Shown here: piece by piece, positions 40,468 to 53,723 of the stretch
How the letters are laid out: every line of letters begins with the position of its first letter
Position numbering within the stretch: position 1 is the first letter of the stretch
Source of the DNA: Octopus vulgaris
Lineage: Eukaryota
Reading direction: 5' to 3'
Length of the DNA stretch: 64,000 bases
NCBI GenBank assembly: GCA_951406725.2
Contig: OX597821.1
Span: forward strand, 8,680,001 to 8,744,000
Program-made: the position numbers and the translations under genes
Notes under the pieces: model-generated
Told to the model about the DNA's origin: nothing
Database searches by the model: none
What the model saw: the letters and a program-made list of their open reading frames with translations, nothing else

Positions 40468-40968
40468 TGTATGTATGTATGTATGTATATATGTATGTAT
40501 GTATGTGCAGATTTGTATGTATTATGTATGTATCCTCATGCATATAGTTGCATATCTAGACATTCTCATATATATTTAAATGATAAACTTCTGGAAAGTT
40601 TTACAGATTTTTATTGTACCAGTAATTGATTGCATCTGTAGTCTTCGAATTAGTCTGCTCTTTTCTGGTTTTGAGAAGTCTAATTTCTCAAGATTGGTAT
40701 TTAGGCAGTGTGTTACATATCCCAGGGCCCCAATAATTACAGGTATAAACCTGAACGTGTAATCTGCAAATTTCTCGATAGTTCAGCATAGGTGTTCTCC
40801 TTTTTACTGATCTTCAGCTTTATGTTAGCACAAATTTGTGGAAATTAGCTGGGCAGCTAATTTCCAGAACAGTGCACAGTTTCTCTACTCCATCCCAAAT
40901 CATTATATCAGGTCTGTTGTGCTTACATTTTATTGAGGTCTTCACTGGGACATTCCACAAGTATTCCT
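40322..40968 (-). mobile_element. R4/Dong-like non-LTR retrotransposon 3' fragment, copy 1
   Basis: WNVPVKTSIKCKHNRPDIMIWD...CTVLEISCPA (restriction-like endonuclease RPD..E), FIPVIIGALGYV; both ends in (TATG)n. Confidence 0.85.
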
Positions 40969-41029
40969 GTTATGTATGTATATATGTATGTATGTATGTA
41001 TGCTTGTATGTCTCTTCTATTTTTTAATT

Positions 41030-42712
41030 ATTATAAATCTTTCACTGAGGAGGGGGCCGGTTTCCAACAAAGATCCAAAGCTCTATCTTTGGGATGTAGT
41101 TAACACAGACAAATTCACCTTTGGGACTTGGGAAAAGTCTTGCAGATTTTTACTGTTCGACTCACAGATTGCACTAGTAATGTACGAATTAGCCGGTCGA
41201 TTTCTCTTTCTGAAAATCTCAGTTTATCCAGATTCTCTTTTAAGCATTTACTAACAAAACCCAATGCTCCAATTATTGATATGAATATGAGTTCATAGTC
41301 TGGATATAGAATCTGGAGGTTTCGAAGCAGTTGTCCACAGATAACCTTTTTTTCTTTGATTTTCAAAGAGATATTTATATCTGCAGGGCAGCTAACTTCT
41401 ATGATGGTAAATACATTTGCCCCTCTGTTCCAAACAACAATATCCGGCTTGTTTCACTTACATTTGACAAAAGTTTTGATGGGATATATTCCACCAGTAT
41501 TCCTTGAGTTGTTGTTTATGAATGTATTCCATAACAGAGGGATTTCCTAAGTTTATTTCAAGACAGTCTTTTTTTGCGGGTGGCATTGTAAATAGTTTTA
41601 GCAACAACATCGTGTCGCACAGGGAGGTACACCATGATGACATTTTAGGATAGCTTCTAATCACATGCGTAATATCTTCCACAGAAACATGCGTAATGTC
41701 TTCCACAGAAACATGACATAGCCTACACAGGCGGTTGAACCTTGGGACTATCTCCATGTTCATCAGGTACTTTCTGGCAATCTCCTGTTCCTGGATTGCA
41801 AACACATAACCTTCAAAGTGTGATGTGGTCTTGTGTCTAAGTGACGCTGCGCTTCGTGTCAATTCTACTGTCTTCTTCAAATTTCTGGGCAACATACCCA
41901 TGCATGGTCTTTTTTTGCATGCTGAGCGCTTTCCATCCAGGTTTTCTCTGAAGTAAGAGAACCCAGCTGTTTAGGGTCTATCAGGAAGAGAGTGTTTCTT
42001 GAGGACTTCACTTCCCACTCGTACAATGTTGCTCACTTCACTTTTCAGCATTGCATTAATCTATTTATTTTTGCTTCTGTTGTTTCGCAGGTGCTGCCTG
42101 GGTGATACCATACGGCATTCGAAGGCCGTTTGCACTGATCTCAAACCTGAATGAGGGATAGCGTCGAATGTCTTCTTATAGTCAAACCATACTGTCGCAA
42201 GGTTTCTGCGTTGTTTTCTTGCTTCAGGTAGTACAGCTTTGTTTATTAAAAGTTGTTCGGCACATCTCCATTCACCCTTCTTTCCACCAGCCTGTTCATC
42301 AATCACAATGTTGTTCAACTCACAAAGGTCCTGGAGGAATTGGTTGTGGCAACTTGGGTACATTTTGTACATAATGCTTAGGAAAGCAATGGGCCTGTAG
42401 TCTCTTGCCATCCCAGTGATATCATTTTTGGCAACAAGACTTGTCTTTGCTATAGCAAGTCAATTTGGAATATCTGTCTGACCTTCCATAGACCTTTTGA
42501 ACATACATATCAATTGGTCTCTATACAATGTCGGCTTCTTGTACCAATATCCAACTATTAGGTCTCCTCCAGGTGCCTTTCCATTCTGCAATTTGCCTAC
42601 TGCTAGAGCAAAGGTTCCTGCATCAATTTTGTATGTTTTACTGTTAGTGTTGTTACACTATTCTATCTTAGTTGTATTTAACCATGATGCGTTCAGGCTG
42701 GAATCCCTCTTT
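41030..42712 (-). mobile_element. R4/Dong-like non-LTR retrotransposon, truncated and internally deleted, copy 2
   Basis: RT: DYRPIAFL, EQAGGKKG, EQLLIN, WFDYKKTFDAIPHS; EGYVFAIQEQEI; knuckle CRLCHVSVEDITH; ISIIIGALGFV. Confidence 0.9.
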
Positions 42713-42854
42713 TGTATGTATGTATGTATGTATGTATGTATGTATGTATGTATGTATGTATGTATGTATGTATGTATGTATGTATGTATGTATGTATGTG
42801 TGTGTGTATGTATGTATGTATGTATGTGTGTGTGTATGTATGTATGTATGTATG

Positions 42855-42885
<31 letters not shown>

Positions 42886-44338
42886 ATATGTGTGTATGTA
42901 TGTATGTATGTATGTGTGTGTGTATGTATGTATGTATGTATGTATGGATGTATGTATGTGTGTGTGTATGTATGTATGTATGTATGTGTGTGTGTATGTA
43001 TGTATGTGTGTATGTATCTATGTATGTATGTATGTATGTATGTATGTATGTATGTGTGTGTGTATGTATGTGTGTGTGTATGTATGTGTGTATGTATGTG
43101 TGTATGTATGTATGTATGTATGTATGTATGTATGTATGTATGTGTGTGTATGTATGTATGTATGTATGTATGTGTGTGTATGTATGTATGTATGTATGTA
43201 TGTATGTATGTATGTGTGTGTATGTGTGTGTGTATGTATGTATGTATGTATGTATGTATGTATGTGTGTGTGTATGTATGCATGCATGTATGTATGTATG
43301 TATGTATGTATGTATGTATGTATGTATGTATGTATGTATGTATGTATGTATGTATGTATGTGTGTGTATGTATGTATGTATGTATATATGTATGTGTGTG
43401 TGTATGTATGTATGTATGTATGTATGTATGTGTATGTATGTATGTATGTATGTATGTATGTATGTATGTATGTATGTATGTATGTATGTATGTATGTATG
43501 TATGTATGTATGTATGTATGTATGTATGTATGTATGTATGTATGTATGTATGTATGTGTGTATGTGTGTGTGTATATGTGTGTGTATGTATGTATGTATG
43601 TATGTATGTATGTATGTATGTATGTATGTGTGTATGTGTGTGTGTGTATGTGTGTGTGTATGTATGTATGTATGTATGTATGTATGTATGTGTATGTATG
43701 TATGTGTGTGTGTGTATGTATGTATGTATGTATGTATGTATGTATGTATGTATGTATGTGTGTGTATGTGTGTGTGTATGTATGTATGTATGTATGTATG
43801 TGTGTGTGTATGTATGCATGCATGTATGATGTATGTATGTATGTATGTATGTATGTATGTATGTATGTATGTATGTGTGTGTATGTATGTATGTATGTAT
43901 GTATGTATGTGTGTGTGTATGTATGTATGTATGTATGTATATATGTATGTGTGTGTATGTATGTATGTATGTATGTATGTATGTATGTGTGTATGTATGT
44001 ATGTATGTATGTATGTATGTATGTGTGTGTGTATGTATGCATGCATGTATGTATGTATGTATGTATGTATGTGTGTATGTATGTATGTATGTATGTATGT
44101 ATGTATGTATGTATGTATGTATGTATGTGTGTGTGTGTATGTATGTGTGTATGTATGTATGTATGTATGTATGTATGTATGTATGTGTGTATGTATGTAT
44201 GTATGTATGTATGTGTGTATGTATGTATGTATGTATGTATGTATGTATGTATGTGTATGTGTATGTATGCATGTATGTATGTATGTATGTATGTATGTAT
44301 GTATGTATGTATGTATGTATGTGTGTGTGTATGTGTGT
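42713..44338. repeat. ~1.6-kb (TATG)n array with TG interruptions
   Basis: Direct reading; source of the long MYVC/HTYI ORFs. Confidence 0.97.
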
Positions 44339-44345
44339 GCAAATA

Positions 44346-45312
44346 CGAGAGGTACTTAAAAGTAACTGGAAACGAACGTTCTCTATGGGACATGCCCTTC
44401 GTAGTTCAGGCTTCCGCCGCTAGAAATCGATGGATGCAACTCTCAGGCATCAGTCTGACGACCGGCGTTGTTTGATGTAGTACTCACTGCCATGTGGCAC
44501 GTCTTTGTTTTGCAGTGCTTCGCCCCCTTTCATTGGTTTTTGTGATGGCTGTAACGATGGAACAACGTGCTTCTGTGAAATTCTGTTTCCTGCAGGAGAA
44601 GACTGCGACCGAAGAAAATATAGCATGCTTCAAACAGCTTACAAACACGCTGCCATGAGCAAAACACGGGTTTACGAGTGGTTTTCACGCCTTATGAATG
44701 GTCAATTGTCGCTTGTCGACCAAACCTCGTTCAGGGCGGTACTCGACCTCCCGTACGTGTGGAGACATCACAAAAATTCATGAACCGATTTTGAAGGACC
44801 GTCGCCAAACAATTGACGAACTTATTGACTAGTGTATCCTGGAACTCCTGCCAGCGAGTCTTGAGCGAGGAATTGTGAATGAAAAGAGTTGCAGCAAAAT
44901 TTGTGCCTCGCTTGCTCACAGAAGATCAAATACAGTCACGAGTCGTGAACTGAAATACAGTCACGTGTCGTGAACTGAAATACAGTCACGTGTCGTGAAC
45001 TGAAATACAGTCACGTGTCGTGAACTGAAAGAACAACTGGAAGTTATTCAAACCTTTAGAGGTCGTCACTGGTAACGAAAGTTTGTGCTACGAAATGTGT
45101 AGATGTGGAAGAGGCGAAGATAAAACGACGGAAGAGTTAAAAAGGCATCACGTTGCAAGAGTTCCAGCGCTGCTTCGAACAGTGGAAGACGTGTCTGAAC
45201 CGATGCATTGCTTCAAATGGAGAATACTTTGAAGGCGATACAAGTCTAAACATGTGAAACTAAGTGAATAGAACAATATTGCAAAATTCCTGTTTTTCTT
45301 TGGATACCCGTC
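44346..45312 (+). mobile_element. mariner deletion derivative, copy 2, both ends present
   Basis: Left end TA-CGAGAGGTACTTAAAAGTAACTGGAA; MEQRASVKFCFL, MLQTAYKHAAMSKTRVYEWFSR, MKRVAAKFVPRLLT; right end TTCTTTGGATACCCGTCTA. Confidence 0.9.
44928..45030 (+). repeat. 4 x 25-bp tandem repeat inside the mariner
   Basis: AAATACAGTCACGTGTCGTGAACTG at 44928 (one mismatch), 44953, 44978, 45003. Confidence 0.92.
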
Positions 45313-45339
45313 TAATATGTATATACATACATACATACA

Positions 45340-45404
<65 letters not shown>

Positions 45405-45407
<3 letters not shown>

Positions 45408-45696
45408 TTATTCAAAGCAGCAGAATATTCAACAAAACCTGTTACTCTGAGTTTCCCGTTGCCGTTCGTCGGACAGTTTTTGCTAGAATCTATTCTATGG
45501 GACATGTGGGACATACCCTTCGTAGTTCAGTTTTTGCTAAAATCTATTCTACCAAAACTGTCCGACGAACGGCAACGGGAAACTCAGAGTAACAGGTTTC
45601 GTTGAATTTTCTGCTGCTTTAAATAAAGCATATTACTCTACTACTAGTATTTGAGTACTCTTTTTCCACCTTGTTTCACATTTATGTGTTTACTCC

Positions 45697-45699
<3 letters not shown>
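45405..45699 (+). mobile_element. Short foldback element with a hammerhead-like motif in each arm, flanked by (TA)n
   Basis: Arms ~45407-45480 and ~45554-45627 are near-perfect reverse complements; terminal tail shared with 13278-13362. Confidence 0.85.
45558..45595 (+). ncRNA. Minimal hammerhead-like motif (mirror copy at 45439-45476, minus strand)
   Basis: CTGT-CCGACGA-ACG-GCAA-CGG-GAAAC-TCAGA-GTA-ACAG; stem I CTGT/ACAG, GNRA-capped stem II, self-complementary ACTC-A-GAGT stem III; core has U4C and a stem II closing mismatch. Confidence 0.6.
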
Positions 45700-45752
<53 letters not shown>

Positions 45753-46149
45753 GAGAGAAAAAGAGAGAGAGGGAGAGAGAGAAAGAGATTTATGTGTGCG
45801 CGAAGAAGTTAGTCCACATCTACTACTCGGAGTAATCTCTGGAAATAACAGCAAAAAATAAAAATAATAATAAAAGAAACACAGAAAAGAATTTCGCATG
45901 CGTTGAGATGTAAAATGTAAAATGTATTATACTGTAGACTAAAGTGTGAGTTATGTTCGTTTCCACTATTATTCCATTACTGACATATTGTGGAAAAGGT
46001 GTTGATCGTTATTTTACATCTGAATTTTAAAAGGCATATATTTCGGTTGCATCTGTTCTTAAAATAATGCTCTTTGGGTTCAGTCTACTTTATCCAGATA
46101 CTGTCGCCACTAATCATTATGGTTTAGTTACTATTGCGTTTTTAATTTT

Positions 46150-46750
46150 GTTGTGTGGTCTGTGAGATGATTTTATTCAAGCCGTAATAACTGATTTTAG
46201 AACTTTTCTTTTGAAAACTTCGTGCAGCTTATGTGAAACAAGAAAATGCTTATCTAATGATGAAAAATTGGCTCTAGCTATATTAGATTTTTGTATGAAG
46301 CAACTTTTCGTATGAACCCTATAATATTCCACTTTTCTAGACGTAGTTGTTTTTCGTGGGCTGTTTCTTATAAAGGATTTTGTCTTAAAATCTACATTCT
46401 TGTAACCTGTATCTTTGTAGAAATGGCTGTTGGTGGTTGAAAACAGTTCAATGTGATCAAAAGATTTTAGTTCTACTCATTCCCGCTTCTTCGTTTTTTA
46501 AAAAGTAGTAGAAGGATGATTTGAGTTTTAATGCATGTAGTGTCTTTGTTTTGAGTTCTGTTTCTCTTGTACTTTCCGATATTCAGATTTAATCAACATA
46601 TGCCTAGAACTATACTACAAAAATATCTCGTGTACCGACACGAGTTAAAATTCGAAAATCCTGATGCCATTCTTGTCTGTGAAATTCTTGGCAAAAGTTT
46701 TATCTCTTGTTGCGGCAGACATCACGGTAAAAACTCGGCATTCTAGTAAA
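46150..46750 (-). mobile_element. Degenerate Penelope-like thumb/linker remnant
   Basis: KSNIARANFSSLDKHFLVSHKLHEVFKRKVLK, like PLE KTNIG..FL.L.DKHFP..HKL.KIFNRN.VK; upstream EIFL...LIKSEY. Confidence 0.55.
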
Positions 46751-46970
46751 CATCACCAAGATTATTAATTATCGTTATTGTTCGATTGTTGTCTTCTTAT
46801 ATGATTCATTTCCCTCCAACCGGTGTGTCATTGATAACAAAGACTTTGGCGCCGATGCAAACCAATCTGAAACATTTCCGACATTATTTCTAGACAAATT
46901 GTTGCTAAATTAATGAAATGATGAAGGAAAAAAAAAGTCATTGTGTTTGACAGATTTCAATATGAAGTGT

Positions 46971-47088
<118 letters not shown>

Positions 47089-47829
47089 TTTAGTAGTAGT
47101 AGTAGTAGTAGTCGGTGTTGAGTTGTTGAAAAGTGCTTTCAAATCGCTCCTCGAGATTTTGGATTGGAGTAGGCCTGAGCTACGCGAAAAAAAAAAAACA
47201 TGAAAAAACAAACAAAAAGCAAAAACAAAAAAAACAAAACGGAAATGACTTTTTCTTTAAGTTATTTCAATTGAACAATTTTTCAAGTTATCTCATGCTA
47301 AGGTATAGCAGGATTTAATATAATTCAGTTTTCCTTAAAAAATAAAACATGTATATCAAACATGGCCTCTCGATGGCACTGTAATAATACTATCAAACAA
47401 AGTAAATAGCTCCTAGAAAAAAAATAGCTAAAACAAATATTAATGAATACACGAAGATACGAATTGTAGAAAATGAAAAATCCAATAACATTTCAGCAAA
47501 AAATCTATAATTAGACATGTTTAAACAACATAAAGAACCATAACATTCACATGAACACACTGGTTCTGTCGAACGTAGTGCTAGGATTATATGTGAAACT
47601 TTTTCGTCCTGCAACTATACTTTCATATATGAAGTATTTGATGTAGGGGACTAACATGCGCAAACATTAAATCATAAGACGCTTAACTCCCAGGCAAGAA
47701 AAGAAAAACAGCCCAACTGCGACTTGCCAAGTCATACTTAATAAAAAGACGTGATCGTAGGGTAACACCGCATCTATTCAGAAAAAGGCTAGAAATATTG
47801 TAAGATACTTTTAGTTCTCAAATCATCAA

Positions 47830-48059
47830 GGCGAGCTGGCAGAATCGTTAGCACGTCGGGTGAAGTACTTAGCGGTATTTCGTCTGGCGTTATGTTCTGA
47901 GTTCAAATTCCGCCGAGGTCGACTTTGCCTTTCATCCTTTCGGGGTCGATTAAATAAGTACCAGTTACGCATTGGGGTCGATATAACCGACTTAATCCGT
48001 TTGTCTGTCCTTGTTTGTCCCCTCTGTGTTTAGCCCCTTGTGGGTAGTAAAGAAATAAG
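47830..48059 (+). mobile_element. SINE family B, full length (sense reference copy)
   Basis: A box AGCTGGCAGAATCGTTAG, B box GAGTTCAAATTCC, core GCCTTTCATCCTTTCGGGGTCGATTAAATAAGTACC, tail GTAGTAAAGAAATA. Confidence 0.95.
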
Positions 48060-48567
48060 TATGTCATCGAAATGGCACGTTGAAGGAAATTCAACGTGCC
48101 GCGGTGTGACAGGATTTGTCATTCATGGATATGAGAAAAGAATAAGCAAGTGTGCGCGGGTCCCGTCAGAGTGAGAGTCAGTTTCACATACAGAAAAAGC
48201 AAATGCATCGCTCGTTGTATACACGAGCGTGCCACAGAAATTGTTTACAGAAAATTAGTAACACAGTCAGCACGGACCCTGGTCTGTGGTTAATTTTGCG
48301 CAAGAGGATATGTGGTAAATGCTTGGTGTGGTTCTGCAGGAACATACAGTTGGGGCCTGCATTGAACAATAAATCCTCACAACCTCGAAGACCATATGGT
48401 TATCCTTAAGAACAGAAAGAAACGTGGCCGCTTTGTCCAAATTACCACCACCAGCAGGGACCAACTTCAACGGAAAAGTTCAGGTATGATCCACTTTAGT
48501 ACGGAACAGGTCAGTGAAGGCGACGGCAGCAGCATATCAACGTTTGGTGGCTATGGGGAAGAGAGAA

Positions 48568-48662
<95 letters not shown>

Positions 48663-48822
48663 GCGAGGGAGAGAGAGGGAGAGAACAGTGGCGTCAGACA
48701 AAGGCAAGTAGACACTAGAGCTTGCTTACGGAGAAGTGATCACCCCACAAGTCTTTGCTCCACGCAGTTGCCCGAGTGGAAAATAAAAACCTAATCAACT
48801 GGCTGATTGAGTAGCAAGAAAA

Positions 48823-49047
48823 TGAGCTGGCAGAAACGTAAGCACAACGGGCGAAATGCTTAGCGGTATTTCGGCTGCCTTTACGTTCTAAGTTCAAATT
48901 CCGCCGAGGACGACTTTGCCTTTCATCCTTTCGGGATCGATTAAATAAGTACCAGTTACACACTGAGGTCGATATAATCAACTTAATCCATTTGTATGTC
49001 CTTGAATGTCTGTGTGTAGCTCCTTGTGGGTAGTAAAGAAATAAGAG
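48823..49047 (+). mobile_element. SINE family B
   Basis: Colinear with 47830-48059. Confidence 0.92.
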
Positions 49048-49117
49048 ATTCTGTATGAGGAAGGCATAATAGCAGTTGCTGTTGAACGTAATTATATAGA
49101 CTACGAGTAACAAACAG

Positions 49118-49488
49118 TGGAGGCGCAATGGCCCAGTGGTTAGGGCAGCGGACTCGCGGTCGTAGGATCGCGGTCTCGATTCCCAGACCGGGCGTTGTGA
49201 GTGCTTATTGAGCGAAAACACGTAAAAAGGGATGGTGGTGATCCTTGCTGTACTCTTTCACCACAACTTTCTCTCACCCTTATTTCCTGTTTCTGTTGTA
49301 CTTGTATTTCAAGGGGCCGGCCTTGTCACTCTCTGTGTCACGCTGAATATCCCCGAGAACTACGTTAAGGGTGCACGTGTCTGTGGAGTGCTCAGCCACT
49401 AACACGTTAATTTCACGAGCAGGCTGTTCCGTTAATTCGGATCAACCGGAACCCTCGTCGTCATAACCGACGGAGTGCTTCCATATCC
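49118..49488 (+). mobile_element. SINE family C, tail type 2
   Basis: GGAGGCGCAATGGCCCAGTGGTTAGGGCAGCGGACTCGCGG head; 12-bp TSD AGTAACAAACAG at 49106-49117 and 49489-49500. Confidence 0.92.
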
Positions 49489-49699
49489 AGTAACAAACAG
49501 CATATGTCTCAATGTAGCGAACAAGCACTACACACCTAACGTGCCAATCTTCATGAGTCCCCAAACTCGAGGTTGAAAATTCAGTGCATTCAGAAGTGGA
49601 AGATACACCGAGTTGTTGTAAGTAACATTTATTCTACATATGTCGCAGATTCACACCCCGATGTGAGTGAATTGTCCTTATGTCCTTTTGATTTGTGCA

Positions 49700-50032
49700 G
49701 ACGTTGACACTTCACCATACAACACGTGCAGCAGGACCCAGTCATGGGTGTCACAATTTCTGTGACCACATCACCCCTAACACCTGGCCACCAAACTCCC
49801 CACACTGCAGCCCCCTTGAATGTTATGTGTGGGGCACAGTTGAGCGAGAGACCAACAAAACTCCTTGTAATACCAAAGATGAAGTGAAGGCAAGGATTAT
49901 GGCAGCATTCACCAACTTAAACAAGGAGATGGTCCAGAAGAGCTGCAGGAGATTCCAAAGTCGTCTGGAGGTGTTAGTATTATTTTCAGGTTTTTTCATA
50001 ATTTAGACGACAGTTTATTCACCGCACCCTGG
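49700..50032 (+). mobile_element. Tc1/mariner-superfamily transposase C-terminal remnant (maT/DD37D-like)
   Basis: WPPNSPHCSPLECYVWGTVERETNK...CRRFQSRLE; end TTCACCGCACCCTG resembles a TIR. Confidence 0.75.
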
Positions 50033-50303
50033 ATATATATCTCTGTGTGTGTGTGTGTGTATGTGTGTGCATGCTTATGTATATACATACACATCCACGC
50101 GCGCACACACACACAAGCACACACACACACATCCACTATTGTGTAAGAAATATTTTGTAAGAAGTATTTTAACATTTTACATTAGAGTCCTTGTGTTCAA
50201 TAAGAAATCACCTCTTTTTTCCTCCTCCTCCTAATCCCCCCTCCCCTCCTCCTCCTCCTCGTCATCATCATCATCATCATTATTATTATTATTATTGTTG
50301 TTG

Positions 50304-50341
<38 letters not shown>

Positions 50342-51229
50342 CTTGTATGTCAATTGGAAATGCTTTGATTCCGAATGAAATGAGAGATTAGACATTCATA
50401 TTTGTGTTGCTAGTTCATTCATTTGATATACAGAGATCACTGAAATTACATTACCTCGCTTTGGACATTCAGTTTTCTGTTTAAACTGTATAATTTGCTT
50501 AGACGATAGAATAAATACAAATTATATATCAATGCGGTAGTTGTGATGGTGGTAGCGGTCTTGGGGATATGGACGCCGCAAAGCTCGATGTAATCTGCTG
50601 AATTTAAACGGCTGCGTAAATACGATATCTAGTCGAAATGCAGGTTACTTCACTATACTATACTTGTGTCGTTAATGTCCTTAAGAATATCATGAACTTC
50701 ACAGCATATTTATTTCAAATCATTGAGAAAATAAAGCATTTAGATTAGCTGTATATACATTAATTTTTGTTGCATCAGGAAAATAAAACTGCAATGATTT
50801 ATTGGAATGTAACGGGTGTCAGATACTGTAATATTGAATGCAATCTTTATGGAGGTTCGAAGTCAGTGCCTGGGTTTCGAGACTTCGTGGGTAATAAACT
50901 CTCTCTACTTATACGGCAATAAAATTCAAATGAAACCCATTAAAATTTGAGCCTGTCAAAAATAGAAAAGCTGCTGAGTTTTCCAGGACGTGTTACCCAG
51001 ACCCTTTTGAGACCAGAGATGAACAAGGAAACTAATGATATTAACTGTGTCTGTGCCCTGGTTGGAAAGGATGGAAGATGCCCAAATGAGGAAGTGAGGC
51101 AGGTGTCAGATGTTGGTGGAGGATTGCCGCAAAGAATGGTAGACAGAGGTGGTTAACAAGGGAGGCTGTCAGCACCCTAAGAATTACAAGAACGGGCTGT
51201 AAAGGAATCTTCAAGAACTAATCGTAGGT

Positions 51230-51690
51230 GGCTGAGAAAACAATGGGATTAGTAAAATGGCGCTTGATCACATGCCCTTCCTTGGGTAACAATGGTCGGT
51301 TCGCTTTGGTGAGGTTTATGCTGTAAGAACTTAAACACTCAGTAACCACAGGATATAACACTGATGGTGTTTCCAAGTATTGCATTGCAGACATATGTTG
51401 TACAAAATTCAGATTGATACAATGATAGATAATTGAATTTAACACTGCCTCATATGCATACATCAGATTTTCATTCAGAAGGGCGGTTATTCGGAACACC
51501 GGTGAATGATTTACATTCGTCCTATATCGGAAGCGAAGAATTCTCGTGCAAGCATTTAGCAGTCTGTAAGTACACGTTATTAAAAGTGTCCAAAAAGGCT
51601 GAAATACATCGAGCGATTTTGATAGCCGCTGTTGGGATGAGTTTTCTTCTCTTGCCGATAATATTTCAGTTTTTGAACTCATCAACTCCA
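51230..51690 (-). mobile_element. Possible degenerate hAT transposase C-terminus
   Basis: PSVLYPVVTECLSS...NLTKANRPLLPKEG loosely recalls the hAT dimerisation region; weak. Confidence 0.3.
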
Positions 51691-53311
51691 TAAGAGAGAA
51701 ATACTATCTCAGGACAAATATTGCGGAAACTGGCCTATCAACGGTGTATATACATTAAGCATGATGCATATTTGGCTGTTTTGAATTTCAATGTAACGCC
51801 ATTTAGAAAACATAAAGAAAATGTATAGTCATTATTTATGCTTGAAATAACAGAAAAATCACTCGCAAATCTAATCTTAACATTTCATGGAAAAAGGATT
51901 TATTGAATAGTGCTGTCTTAGGTAAACTTCTCGATAAAACAAAAATAGAAAGACCGGGAAAGATCACAGTTAGATACGGAAAGGTTATGATGAGAAGTTC
52001 TCTTCATCAGCACAGATCTGATGCCAGAAAAAATTAACAATAATAATAGCATCAATATCACAAAACAGATAACAGACTGACATCATAAAAGCATATTTTG
52101 AGAATAAATTATACGTTTCTTTCTTAAATATTGCTTTAATATTTTATTATGTCACACCAAGGCATTTAGAAAAAGCTACTTTGCTCGTATATTTATGATT
52201 CAATATGGTGATTTTTCTTTGGTACATTTCATTGAGTTTCTGAGATATGAAATAAATGTTCATATAGAATGATTCGAAAAACGAAACTTAAATTATGGAA
52301 GAAAATATGGCAGTAAATGTATGGACGCTCCTGCGATAAGAATTTATGGATTACACTTGAGTAAGAGCTACTTATAGAATTGGCCATAACTCGAGGGGAA
52401 AATAAGCAGCATTCAAATGTGTAGATATGAATAAATAAGGATTTATATAGCGTTGACACAATATGTGGTCTCAAATCGATTAGATCATCCTCAGTACGTA
52501 ATTATATTTTATCGAAGCCATGACGGAAATTGAACCCGATATAATTAAATGCCGCAAAACATTTTGCTCGAAACACTATTACAAACATGCGCAGCCCCCA
52601 CCACCCATCCACACACGCACGCATGCGCGCGCACACACACATACACACGCACACACACATACACACAACTCACTCACTCACACATACCAAACATATATTT
52701 GTGAATATATTGGTATCTCTGCAAGTTATATTCTTATGTATATTGAGACTAAGACGTTGATTTGTGTATATACATACACACATGCATATATGTATGTATA
52801 AATTATATATATATATATGTATGTATATATATAAGAAAGGCAGCCTATACGCAATATAAAACCGAAATGGAAAAATTCAGTTGTCACTAATTATGACTGG
52901 GGCTGCTGGGTGCTAGCTATATTGCTAAAAATAAGAGTTAAAATCCTTAGAACTGCAAGGAAGTACATTTTACAGGTCTAGTCTAGGCCAATGATCTAGC
53001 GTCGATAATCTGGTGGTTAACTCCCTTGTCACTGTATGAAAACATGGGTTTTAACTCATATGTCTAGTAATATTGATACTACCAGCTGATATATATATAT
53101 ATAGGTTCTCTCTAGCCAGTCAGAATTTATGGTACTTCAAGAAGAGATTTCATGGCGAACTTCCAGAGCACCTGTACCAGGACAATGCTTGTGTGCTACT
53201 AATCCACTGACGTCAGAAGATCCTATTTTGAAGGACATTAGAGTTTTGTACTGCTCTGAAATTTATTAATTTCTCCCCAGAAAAATTCTCAAAACCTCTT
53301 TAATGCACATT

Positions 53312-53348
<37 letters not shown>

Positions 53349-53723
53349 TGTATGTATGTATGTATGTATGTATGTATGTATGTATGTATGTATGTATGAC
53401 AGATATTTCCTTAATACATATACAATGAATCAAGAATAATTTGGCAATGTTTTAGAACTGTGTAGTTCTACCTAGGATATTTCCTGTTATTAAAGTCAAA
53501 CTAACACTATATTTATTTAAGTGAACATATCGTTAAATATCTGCTTGATCACTTTCAAACTATTCTTAACTACCACTTTAATTGTTCCATTGCACATAGC
53601 AATCATACCAAGCGGAGTACAGCCTTCTCTAGAGTTATGAGTAAAGTCAAAATTATCAGGAAGAAGAATATTGGCCAGTTCAATGAATCACTCAAACCAC
53701 TCCAATATTTACCATAACAATAA

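Noticed and set aside
42497-44475. ORFs of 340-620 aa on both strands
   Set aside because: Translations of the (TATG)n array (MYVC/HTYI), which is nearly stop-free in every frame
44928-45030. CRISPR-like repeat array
   Set aside because: Head-to-tail repeats with no spacers, inside a eukaryotic transposon; no cas genes
48130-48350. Possible RTE RT fragments (also ~51060-51160 and ~53110-53280)
   Set aside because: Similarity too weak to support without a profile search
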